Assembly: GCA_905178155.1 (NCBI GenBank)
Contig: CAJINV010000017.1
Span: forward strand, 1,108,722 to 1,172,721
Direction: 5' to 3'
DNA: 64,000 bases
Source: Amoebophrya sp. A120
Taxonomy: Eukaryota; Protista; Dinoflagellata
Part shown: positions 13,701 through 25,700 of the stretch, piece after piece
Numbering within the stretch: position 1 is the stretch's first letter
Layout: each line of letters begins with the position of its first letter
Made by a program: the position numbers and the translations under genes
Notes under the pieces: generated by a model
Told to the model about the DNA's origin: nothing
Databases searched by the model: none
Seen by the model: only the letters and a program-made list of their open reading frames with translations

Positions 13701-16700
13701 AAGGAGCAGTTTGCAGAGGTAAAACTGCATTATCCTATGTAAAAACGTACCCACCCCATAGTTAAGATGGGGAATCGGCTAGACAAATCCACAAGCTTTG
13801 GCTGTTTCGCATGACAAATTTGGACGCGTAGCGTAGTGCTGTTTGAGCTAGTTCAGCAGCATTACAGATCTAGTCTCTCATGCTGATTGGAGCATGACAA
13901 ATTTCAAAACACCATTAGAAAATGCTCCTCATGGGGCTCCGCATGAGAAACATTTTAAGCATGCAGATTTGCATGGCAACTATGGCGTGGGTACGTTTTT
14001 ACATAGGATATGCATTCCGACGTGTTCTGCGGGCGGGACGGCATCAGTGTCGAGGCCTCCGACGTGATCGCGGCCTCCCTGGGATTCCTGGCCAAAGACG
14101 GCGGAGCAACTTTGGCGAAAAAACAAACGAGCAAAAGTGGCGGAAAAGTGTACAGCGGAATCGTGCAAAGTATAGACAAGTAGAGTTGTTGTGTACGTTT
14201 TTCCTGTATTTATGTATGAATCTCTGTGTTAGTGTTTCGCTTTCGCTTTCGAGGAAACACTGAAACTGATGTCTCTATGTTGTCACAAGCCGCCTGCTGT
14301 ATTAATAAATATTGTAAATCCCGTGCCTGTTGGTCCTGTCAGGAACTCGCCCACCGATGGGGTTATGTTGACCACATCGCTGCTAAAAAAGAATGCGTGC
14401 ATACAGTAATAGATGAACAAGTATGAAGTAGGTGACCACAGGAATGATCTTTTGTCTCTAACTGCCCCTGCCCCCTCTATCTCTCTCAGCCGACCAAGAC
14501 GAGACCACCCCTGCGACAAAGGCGCAGATTATGGAGCAAACCGCTCTCCACAAGGGTTTGTCCCCCGAGGGGGTCCCCTACCGTCTCTCCGACGCGTTTG
14601 ACCGGTTTCCCAACGCGTACGTCGGGCGAAAACGGTTTCAACTCTCGGTGCTCGGCGACTTCAACTACGAGATGGCGGGGCGGATCGAAAACCGGCACGT
14701 GCCGGTCCTACACTACTTCTCGCCCGACTACCAAATGGAGGTCCCCGTGAAGCACCTCAGCTTCCCGCGGCGCGACTACTACAACCACTTCTACTCGCAG
14801 ATGAAGGAAAACCAGCGGTGGAACTTCTTGTTTTCGCGCGTCATCACGCTGGTGTCCATCCTGATGGTGATCTACATGGGCCAGGCGAAGTCCGCGATGA
14901 ACGGCGCACTCGACGCGGGGGCGTCGGAACTCTCCCACCTCACCGAGCACGAGAAAAAAGCGGCGGTAGCGGCCGCCAAGAAGACCGCGGAGACCAGTGC
15001 CGGGTTCGTGCAGTTGGTGGCGCTCTTCGTCGGTACCTTTGTGACGTTCGCGACGGCGGCGTATCCGGACATTATGGAGGCGTACAAGGAGAAGGAGAAA
15101 GAGCGGCTGAACGAACTGAAAGATGCGAACATGAAGGAGTCCGCGAAGATGTGCGGGTTGGTCGCGCAGTACGACAAACTCCTCTGGTTCTCCCAGAAGC
15201 AGCACCGCAACTTCGCGCTGGACGCGGTCATGGACGGGGCAAGTTTCATGTACGCGGCGGAGGTGATGCTGATCCTAATTCTCCTGTTCGGCCACGAGGG
15301 GTCGCCGTTTGTCTTGAAGATCCCGATGGCGCTGGACGCCTGGATGCTGATTCTGGTGACCGGGTACACGCTGGTGAAATTAAACGCGGAATTCCTCGCC
15401 GTGCAGGCGGAGAAGATGAAAAAGCGCATCGCGGAGGCGGATGACCGCATCATTGCGGAATACGAAGCGAAAATGAAGATTTACACCGAGATATCCTGAG
15501 CAAAAATATCCCCTCCACCCTATAGTCAATTTGCTAAATCTGCAACACAAATCTCCAGGAATTTTTGGGAGTTGTGCGTGACAAGTTTCCATCTGCAGTG
15601 TAGTGGTGGTTAGCGAGGGAAGCCGCATGAGAGATCGACTTTGTCATCCTGTTTACGGCATTACAAATGCCAAAAGACGACTAGAAATGCCTCTCATGAT
15701 GGGGATGCGCATTACAAATGTTGAGCTGGGCGCGCTCAGATGGCACCCCGTCCACGATTTTCTCCCGATTTTTTTAGATTTTTTTTTTAAAAAAAAATTT
15801 TGAAGTCGATGTTTGCAGGTGCGAAGTGGCCTGCTTTGAGAGCCTGCTTGTGACTGCCGTCAGTCGTATCTCAGTACTACATCACGCCAACAGTATTTCA
15901 ACTGCACTTGCCCGCGAGTCATCACCTGTTTTTTTGGTTGAGATGAACATATACAATAGCTGCATCAATGCTTAGACATAAAAAGATCGTAGTGCTACTG
16001 TGTTCGCGTTTTTTTTTCAAGGAGTGGTGAGAGATATAGAGCTAGCTAGCACGCAATCCCGTTTTTTTTTTACTGTACGTACACAATTATGTATTTCATC
16101 GTGATCTGCACGTCGCCCGGGTCCGTCGTCTCGCCACTCCGCATCGCCGCGTAGCATTCCCGCCTCCACCGTCAGCTGTCTTTTTACCGCGTCCTCGTTG
16201 CGACTTCGGAACCCGCAAAACCCGATTGTGATTCATGATGTAGAGCGGGTCGATGCGGGGAAAAAAAGCTCAACCTTCCGTAGAAGGGAGGAAAAATCCA
16301 CTTCCATCCGTCGGCAGCAAGCAGCAGATCCAACAGCACCACCGCTGTTTCGTCCGCATCTCGACGTCCACTTTCCAGTCGTCCGCGCCACAACGAAGGA
16401 TGGCGTATTCGCAAATCCGCATTCGCTCCACGCCGCCACCACAGCTCGTCCACGCTGCGATAGGAACCACCTGAGGTTCAAAGTTTGCGAAGGCGGACGG
16501 AAGTTCCACCGTCGTTCCAAATCCGCACTCCAGCCTCCGCTCGTGGCTCCGTAGCAGCCAACTCCGCATCGCGTCGTCGCATCGCGGATCCACATCGCCG
16601 TTCGCAGGCGGAGCAGTCGGGCTCAACGCCGCAATTCCGCTTTCCACATCTCGCTGCCACCGCCGGTAAGTCCACATCGCAGCTCCGCATCCACTCCTGC

Positions 16701-19700
16701 CGCCGCAAATCCGTCTACGCCGCCACGAGAACCACCAAAGGTTCAAGGGAAGCGAAGGTTGTCGTCGCGAAATCCACATCGCAGGTCCACCGCGCGGCTC
16801 CACATCGCAGCTCGCCAACGCCGATCCACATCGCCGCTCCACAGCTCCACATCGCAGATCCACAGTCGCTCGCTCCACCGCAAATCTCCGTTCACGCGGC
16901 GATGGGAACCGATGGGGGTTCAAAAAATTCCAACGCTGCGGTCGCGGCGTCCACATTCGCAAAATCCACAGTCGCATCTCCACATCGCAGCCCCGTCGGC
17001 ACTGAATTCGCGGCGCAGCCCGACGGCCCGATCCGGTGTGCTCGTCAGCACAAAGTTCAAACTACATTCTATTGCTGGCGTGATGTAGTAGCAGGCTATT
17101 TTACAGCGTATGCTAAGGCACGATTATCTTTTTCTATAGTAAACGCTACAGCCTCCCGAATTTCTATCCCGCCCGGGGAGGCGGCTTGCATAAAGCACTG
17201 CACGCATGCAACTGTCACACCGATCGCGCTTTTCTTTACTCTGTATAGTCGCACCGATATTACACATGCGCTTCTGGTTCATCACCGACTTTTCATTTGT
17301 ATGCTGTGATCTACACCGACAACGTTCTCACCGACTTGTGCATTCATGTCTTGCATCGTGTTTCATCAAAGTTTGTCATGGGCAACAAGTAGAACATTAT
17401 GTAGAAAAGATGGAAAAAAGCAGCAACTAGCTGGACGTCGACTCTATAACTAAGCTTTAACTTCCCCCCTCCTTCTGTAGATGGTTCTGCTTGAACTCAA
17501 GTAGAACATTTCTACAAAGGAGGAATTTTACATTTGCGTCAACATCTCACACATCCACCATAACAGAGTTGTTTTTGATATATTATACAGAAAAATTTTA
17601 CATATTATTTTTGATTAACAACTCTGTTCCCGCTCCTATTTACGTGTTGAGCTTTATTTATTATTCCCTCCACCACGTGTGAGACTGTTGGATATGGGCC
17701 TCCTGCCAGTAGGAACAGTGAGTTCTTTACGAAAACATTGAAGCCTACAAATATCATTAAGTCCCCGACAAAATGACTCACTGACTGACTTACTGGTCCA
17801 TACTTTTACTATTATGTACTTGTGGCAAGATGAAACTGTGCATTTTCGAAGTATAAAAAGTGCGAAACAATAAATCAATCAAAACCTAGCAAAAGTTGCT
17901 TGAGTAGTATCCTCTGGTCGATCAAACCGACGGTGATGAAGCAGCAAATATTGGTATGTAAAGTGCGACTATTGCAAACAACTTTCACGGCCAAAATTAT
18001 CCGTCCAACTACTCATCCTCATCATCGGATCCGCCCGCGACCGCGTTGTTGGCAATGGGGGCGTTCACGTTGGCCTGCGCACCACCCGGCACGTGCAACT
18101 GGAGGTTGATTCTGCGTCTCTGGGGCGCGGGCTGATTGGCGTTCGCACCGGCCGGGTCGGCACCGTTCGGGAACTGGCGGGTGATCTCACGCCAGAGCAA
18201 TTGCTTCTGGGCGGGAAAGAGAAAACTGAATGGCACCGTCATACTGTTGTAAGCCTGGGCGGACTCCTGGTACGATCCTGATATTATTTTTGGCATGATG
18301 TTGTAGATGCAGTTTCGCATAGTATTATGCTCATTTTTGCTTTGCATAAACCAATCTGTCTTGCATGCAGTAGGTCGTACTTCTAATTGCTTACAACCAA
18401 GAAATTTTCTGTGCGTATACCGTTCGCCAAAGCGATCCGCAACGGACCCTCCTCCAACTCCTGCATGCGGCGGACGAACTTCTCAAACGTCTCACTCAAC
18501 TTCTCCTGGATGGACGGGTACTCGGTGAACAGGCGCGCTTCCAAATCCTCCTTCATCGCTAACATGGTGTTGGCGCGGTCGGCATGCTCCTGGTGCGCAC
18601 CACCGGTGTAGCAGTTGCACATCTCGCGCATGATCTCGTGCAGGGAACGCCAGCGGTTGCGGGCGGGAAAGCGGATTCCACCCAAGAAGGCGAGCAAGTC
18701 GATCATCTCCTGCTGCGATCCGCGGTTGTCCCAGTCATGCAAGAAGTCAAAAGCGGTGCCAATGGCCAGGATGCGGTTGTCGAGGTCCCGCAGTTGCCCC
18801 TCCACGCGGGTCTGGTCCATGGTCAACAAGTAGCGGCGCAAGGCACCATTGTACTGCTGCGTGAAGTTGCCGGGCAATTTGGTGTAGTACAACGAGGTCG
18901 TGTTGGTGTAGGCGTCGTTCAAACCGATCAAAGTGGTGATGACCGGGTGCGGCTGGGGCAGGTTCATCCACTGGCGGATAGTGTTGACCATCTGACGCAT
19001 CAAGCCCTGGAGATTTGCATTGTAGAAATTACAGACGAAACTATACGACAATAAAGCTGGCACTTCAGTATCAAACTTGTTATGCAGGAAGATTCGTTTT
19101 TCTATCAACCAATAAAGTTCGCTCTCTCGGCTCGTGATAACTCTCAACTCAAGCAGCATGAAAAAGTAGTACCAAATCATGGATCTCCGGCTGGGGGGGC
19201 ACCTCTCCCTGCGCGCGCTTGATCGCTTTCGTCACCATCTCCTCAGCACAACGCGAAGTGTCGAGCGCGCGGGTCAAGTCAGCCTTGCTATGCTATGAAA
19301 AAAACCTTGGAGCAACACACTGTTTTCCTTTCAAAAGGTGCACGACGGGTGCACTCTTCGACTTTTTTATCACTTCTTCTTGCATTTCCTCCACTGTATT
19401 TTGACGTCCTGTTCTCTTGGTACTTTTACAGTGCAGTACTTTCTTTTTTTCAAGTCCCAACCACGCGAACTCATGAGCATAGCATGCAGAGTAAAATCTG
19501 AAAGAGAAAACAGTGCTTTGAGCCAAGGTTTTATCTTTGCATCGTCGTACACGGTGAACTGGGCGTTACCGGTGCGCAAGAAGGTGCCGAGCTGAATCTC
19601 CACCTGGACCAACAGTTCGGCCACGGCGGCAGCGCGGAGCATCTGATGTGGATTTGCAGTATGAAATGCAACATGCGTGCTCATCGTTTCAGGATATGTT

Positions 19701-22700
19701 TCTTATCAATATTGGATGCTTTGTTCGTCATCTGCGCTACACAGTAGTTCTGTCATGCATAGAAGCTAAAAACTTTGCTTCGTCAGTTTCCGACTACGCA
19801 ATACACGACTCAACCGATGAAACGCGCTCATTTTGCAAAAGGCACAACACTATATACGTCCATCGCCTTCTCCCAGAACAACTCCTGGAGCGTCTGTCCG
19901 CCGTTGACGGGGGCACCCTGCAGCAAATGGGTGGAGATGGCGTCTTCCAGCAAAGACACCTGCTGCAGCTCGATCGCATTGCTGATCATCATCATGTTCT
20001 CGCGGATCTCGGGCATGTTGTTGTTGCCGGACACGAACGCGCGGGCCTGCGCGTACGCCCTGTTTTTTATTGTCAGAATGATGTATCTCATGAAATTACA
20101 GTTGCGTTTTTCTGTGGCACTGAAGCATGATTTCAATGGACCGACGTAAGATTACGATGTGAACAGCATCACTTTATCAACAAAAACACACAAATATACC
20201 AGTCGCGAAACTGGACCAAGGTCCGGGGCTGGCGGGCCGCGGTCCGCTGGAAGGCACCACCCTGAAACAAAGCGATGATTCCCGCGCGCTCCACTTCATC
20301 ACGGGCTTCTGGGTGGCGCATTAAACCGCACAGACGATCGCACACGCCGAGAGCACGTAACCCGTTGGCCTCATCGGTCAGGGAGGCAAATCTCCCCTGG
20401 AGATGGACCTGAGTCGTGGTTCTTGGCCATGATTTCCACTTCAAATGGCAGTTTTGTCATGCAGAAATCCATACTTCACAAAAGCATCATGCGATTGTCA
20501 TGTCGGTCAAGTTTGTGATGCACAAGTTCCAAAATTGATGTAGTACTGCCACACGACGTTCTTGATCGAGCGTAGTATGATTGAAATCGGCCCTTCCCAA
20601 ACGGGCCGCTTCGCGGGCGATGATGTCGGTGCGCGTGAAGAGCACGATCTGACGCACCGCCGAGGGCAACGCGGCCATGGACCTGGCGATGACGGCTTCG
20701 TGGGCCAGTTCGAGGTTACCGATCTGGGCGTCAGTCAGGGTGGAAAGGTACTGGACGCGACTCAAAAATTATGCAAGTTGCAACTCTAGCTCAGCACCTC
20801 AGCCGCGTCATGCATGCCTGGCTACTTCAAAAATGCAAAAGCGCATGACAAACTCATATGATCAGATATGCTATTTCACAAGCATTAAGCACGTAGTCGC
20901 ACAGTTGGTCGAGACCAATTTGCATCATAGTTAGCATGACAAAGCAGTAGTGTAAGGTGCTGAGCTAGATATTGCTACCATAACAGACGGGTCCGCATGC
21001 GACCTTCCTGACGCCAGAGGGCACCCATGGCAGCGACATGATTCGCGTCTTGCTGTAGTGGTAATTTTTTTGAATTTACAGTATGTCTTTTTCACATCAA
21101 CAAGCGTCTGCTCATCCATGATAAAGGCATTCTATGCATGACAAGTTCAAAAATGTGTACCGGCAGAGCTGCGTTCTGCAGAAACTCCTGGGCGACCTCT
21201 CCAGTGGGGTGACGGGCCAATCTGTTTGCCATCTTGACACGCTTTTTTTTTCAAAGGAAGAACTCTCCACAAAGGAAGAACTCAAGAAGTAGTTGGCTAC
21301 GGGTTTTGTGTTGATGAAGATGATGAAAAGCAAGTATTAGATGGCGCGCGTCAGAAATTCAAAATTGTAAAATGAAAGTATCCAAACAACATCAAGATCA
21401 TCAAAGCAGCCGCCTTTTTTTCTTCACAATTACCACTGTCAAAGTGAGATCTCAGATCTATCCCATAACTTGAACTACAACAACAACAGTCATCTCATTC
21501 TAGGCACTGCAATGCGCTGCTTCATCTCTCACAAAAAAAAACAAAACAAAGAGCCGACTTATTTGATGATGTCAGCACGTTTTTACCAAGTACTATGTGT
21601 GCTGAAGCTTACGACACGACAACGCCATCATCGACGCCGAACTCACACAAAAAAAAACCTTGCTTTACTTCTGTATTGTGCGCGCAATTCTACCTCTATG
21701 ACATACTTGCATGCTGTGCTATATCAACTCGAGAAGTGCCTTCTTTTTTCATGTATGTTCCACTACTTGCATGTGCAGTCTGTCATGCTTCTTGTATGTC
21801 AATCCAGCGTACTCAATTTATGACATGCACTTCGAAGTCTACTAATTTGTCATGCTGTGTATCACAAAGCAGCAGTACTATGCTGCTTCAACTTCCCATG
21901 AAGAGTTGCGCTATGTCCCTATGTGTATGCATGATGCTACTACTGTGTGGTTTTACTGTCACGCACTACGTCCATCTACAGGTACACTGTTTGTATTACA
22001 AGCTATGTACTTTCACACGAAGTAAGGTCGTTCTACGCAGTTAAGATTGTACAAAGTTGTCAACGCTTCTGGCTTATATATAGGTCTTTTGCGCGATGCT
22101 AAAGTCTACAGCTGTTCCTATGTAATATTCAATTTGTGCACTATATTCTACTACTTGCAATGAAACTACTGTCAGGTACACCACTATTCTACACGGCTGG
22201 CCATCGGTAACTCGGACAAGAAGGCGAAGGTCATGGCGCAGATGGTCAACGCGTCATGGTGGTGATCTAGGGCTCGCAGGTATCCGTTCGCCCATGGTGA
22301 CCATCTCCGTTGCCGCATGACCGCGAGGGTGAAGTAGTCGTGGTGGGCCAAAGTTCGATGACCAGCCGTGAAGTTACTATATACTACTTTACTAAGCTTT
22401 TCTTGTTCTAGTAGTGCTCTTTTTGACACCTTCTACGCATTACAAATTGACGCTTTCTTGTCTACTTAAAGCTACATTTTCTGACATCCTTTAAAAATGA
22501 CGATTTTTCCTCACAAAAAGTGATCACTTTTCCTGCTCAAAAGTGAACTCGAAAAATGAGACGTTTTGCAAATTTGACCTCGAAAAAAAAGTCTTCTGAT
22601 TTTCTAGAAGGTGAACTCGAAAAAGTCTCGCGATAATGGAGAATATAAGTAGGACATGAGTCTTTTTTCTAGACTTTTTTTTTGACTATGCAGATGCAAA

Positions 22701-25700
22701 AGGTGACTTCGAGGAGGAAAAGCGAGAGACTTTTTTTTGTGCTCAAAAGTGATCATTTTTGAGCTCAAAAAGTGACCACTTTTTGTGAGGAATAATTGAG
22801 ATTTCCTTTGAGAGATGAATTGTACAATAAATCAATGCTTTTTGAACCTGAAACTGTGCAGAATATAAGTGTGTTCAACTACAACTTGAGGTGCCCGACC
22901 ACCTTCACTGGGCCGGCACTTGGGACGCCGATTCTGCGAGCACGTCATGCTGTTTACCCGCACCTGCAGCAGCCATCTTTGGCTGCTTTTTGGTCTTGGC
23001 CTTGATCCTCTGCTTCTCCACAAGGACATCGGCGATTTCCAGGTATTCTGCGTCGATCTTCTGGAAATCCAACCACGACGTAGTCGACTTTCCGGGCGAG
23101 AGGTACTTGTAGGTCTGGTCAGAAATGTGCATCAGAGCGTCGAACTCCTTCTGCCTGGTAGCGTCCTTTCCAGCACGTTCGGCGGCAAAAGCACGGATCT
23201 CCGAGGTGTAGGCGGCGTACTGGGACTTCAAAACCTCCAAATCATCTTCGGTGGACTGCGGTTCGTACTTGCTGTTGGAGCTGGCTTTTTCGCAGATGAA
23301 ACGGCACATCACGGCCCACCCGTTTAGGAGGCACTCGACCCAAAGGGGTCCCTCTTTCTCGCCAAACACCATGCTCCTCATGGGCCTCTTCGTCGACTGG
23401 CACTTCATGTCCAGGTAGGGGTGGACGAGGAGCTTTTTCATGTTGTTCGCCAGCTTGGTGTCCACGCACTTCATGCTCAGTCGGACAGCATCTCTTCCGG
23501 TTCTCTTGCGGTCAAACACCGTCGACGCTTCGATGCATTTCCACCCTTCGACTCTCGTTGCGAAGAGACGATTAGCAACCTTCTGTCGCTCCAGCTGATG
23601 CAGTGCGTATTCCTTGCTCGAGAGGTGCATCTTCGCCGTCGCAGAAAGGGCAGTCATGCCCTGCGTTTCCACCTGCGTTGAAGCCTGCGTTTGCGGTTCC
23701 TCCACGACGATCTTGTTCGTCTTTCGCCACGTTTCCGCATGGACGTCATCCGACTGTAGTGGCATTGCTACCATCTTGTTGTCGTCCAGAACCCAGATCT
23801 TGTCGGTCGATTTCGGCGCGGTCAAAGCCAGCATCGTAGGCTGCAGAAACTTCTCCAAGTTGTCCTGCATTTGGGCTTTCTCGCTATTGCTAGCGGAGGC
23901 CCACCCTTCCCTGAGCACCTTGTCCTCCTCCTTTCCCGCCTTGGTCCGCTGCTGCCGGTACGACAGGTTGATCCGTTCTCCACAGAACAAGCACGCTTTG
24001 CTTCTGCCGTCCTTTACGTCGACTTTCATCGTGTACATCGGCCCGAGTGTATCCCGTGAAAAGCATTGAAGCTGCAAGCCAAGCATTACTACTATGCATT
24101 AGATATTTGCATGAAATATGTAAAGGTTTTGCGCACAAGAAATCAAATTTTGTAATGCAAAAATCAACATTTGTGATGCTTGTCATGTAGCTTCAATGTT
24201 TTGGTTGCATACATCGTATCCAGGTCGTATTCGGTGCCGCGGTCGTCGGAGTACAAGTTTATCCAGGTCATTCGCATCCTGCACTGCCACCACTCCTTTC
24301 CCGGATCTTTCTGCAGTGCTAATTGCACCGCTTTGAACGATGATGGAGACAGCACCACGTCTGAAATGAGGAACGTGTGCATTTCCCCCGACGGACGGTG
24401 CTTGTACTGCGTTATGAAGAATGGCGACAATAACGACGACACGTCGTGCACCCCCTGCAGTACCGGCATCGCGATGTTGTCGTCTTCCCCAACTTCGTCT
24501 GCGTCTTCTACCAGCAGTTCGTCGTCGACTATCGATCGCAACAATCTTATCCTGCGAAGAAGGCCAAAGTTTTTGTATGCAAGCATGCGAAGCTTTCTGT
24601 TTCTTCGCAGGATAAGATTGTTGCGTTTCGATAGCATCATCATCCGGCTCGGCGAGGTTCAGGTGAGCTAGATCACCGGGTTCGATTCCAGCAGCCTTCT
24701 TCTCTTGTCGCAGCGATTTCAGCTTACCGCGCTTCGCCCGGATGAAACGCGATATCAGCACAGCAGAAGCCGGTTTAACTTTCGCCCGCACCGTCACCTC
24801 CGGCGGCTTTTCCACTGTAATCAGCTGGTTGGTTCTGTTGCACATAGCGGGTGCAAGTTTTCGATAGTCGCCGTCTTTTGTCAAGTACTTTTGCAGCACT
24901 CGTTCCTGCACCCCTTCGTAGTACAGTTTCTCGCGGTTCACGACAGCAAATTCCCGGACTTCTTCCTCCTCTTCTTCGCTTTCTTCGGCATCCTCATACT
25001 TCAGCTCCGCCGCTAGTAGCTCCTTCTTCTTATCCATTTCCGCTGCGATGATGGTGTATTTCGCTTTTTCGTCGTCGTCCTTCCAGGAATTCAATTTGTG
25101 ACACTTTTCTAGCACGTCCGCCGCTGTCATCTTCACGTCTTCTTCACCGTCCTCCCACTGGTCTTCCCGTTTCGCATCTATCGGTCGTGTGCAGGCGTAG
25201 TGCCGTTTCGCTGCGGGTTCGCCGGTATCGTCGTCTTCTTGATCCGGTAGCAAGTACGGCCGGCATTCCTCTTCCACCACCGAAGCCATGTTTTGCCAGT
25301 CCTTTCTGTTTAGCTGCGCGTCCGGTCGTATGCGTTGAAAATATGTAAAATAGCCTCCTGCAAGTAAAAATCAAAACTGAAAAAGCACTGCAGTTTGCAT
25401 GCAAAAAGTTACGTTCTCATCATGTCGTTGCACAGATTCGTCATGCCTTATGTAGTATGTGGTGCCTTTTCAGAAAAAAACCTGTAATGCAAGAAAGCTA
25501 TGCTACACATTTTCACTTCATAACTCCGGGGATACTCTTGGTTCCAGTCTTGCACCGCTTCGCATGCCACTTGTAACGTCCACCCCGTTTTTCGCAGTTT
25601 TTGGTGCTGCGGTTGGCAACTTCGAGGCATTCGGTGAGGGATTTCATCTTCGCTTCGCGGATGTTCTGCGGCAGATTCCGCATATACCGCTGTACAGAGT

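Noticed and set aside
16184-17309. Long ORFs on both strands (e.g. 16485-17309 +, 16270-16983 -)
   Set aside because: Best explained by GC-rich repeated motifs; no recognisable domain.
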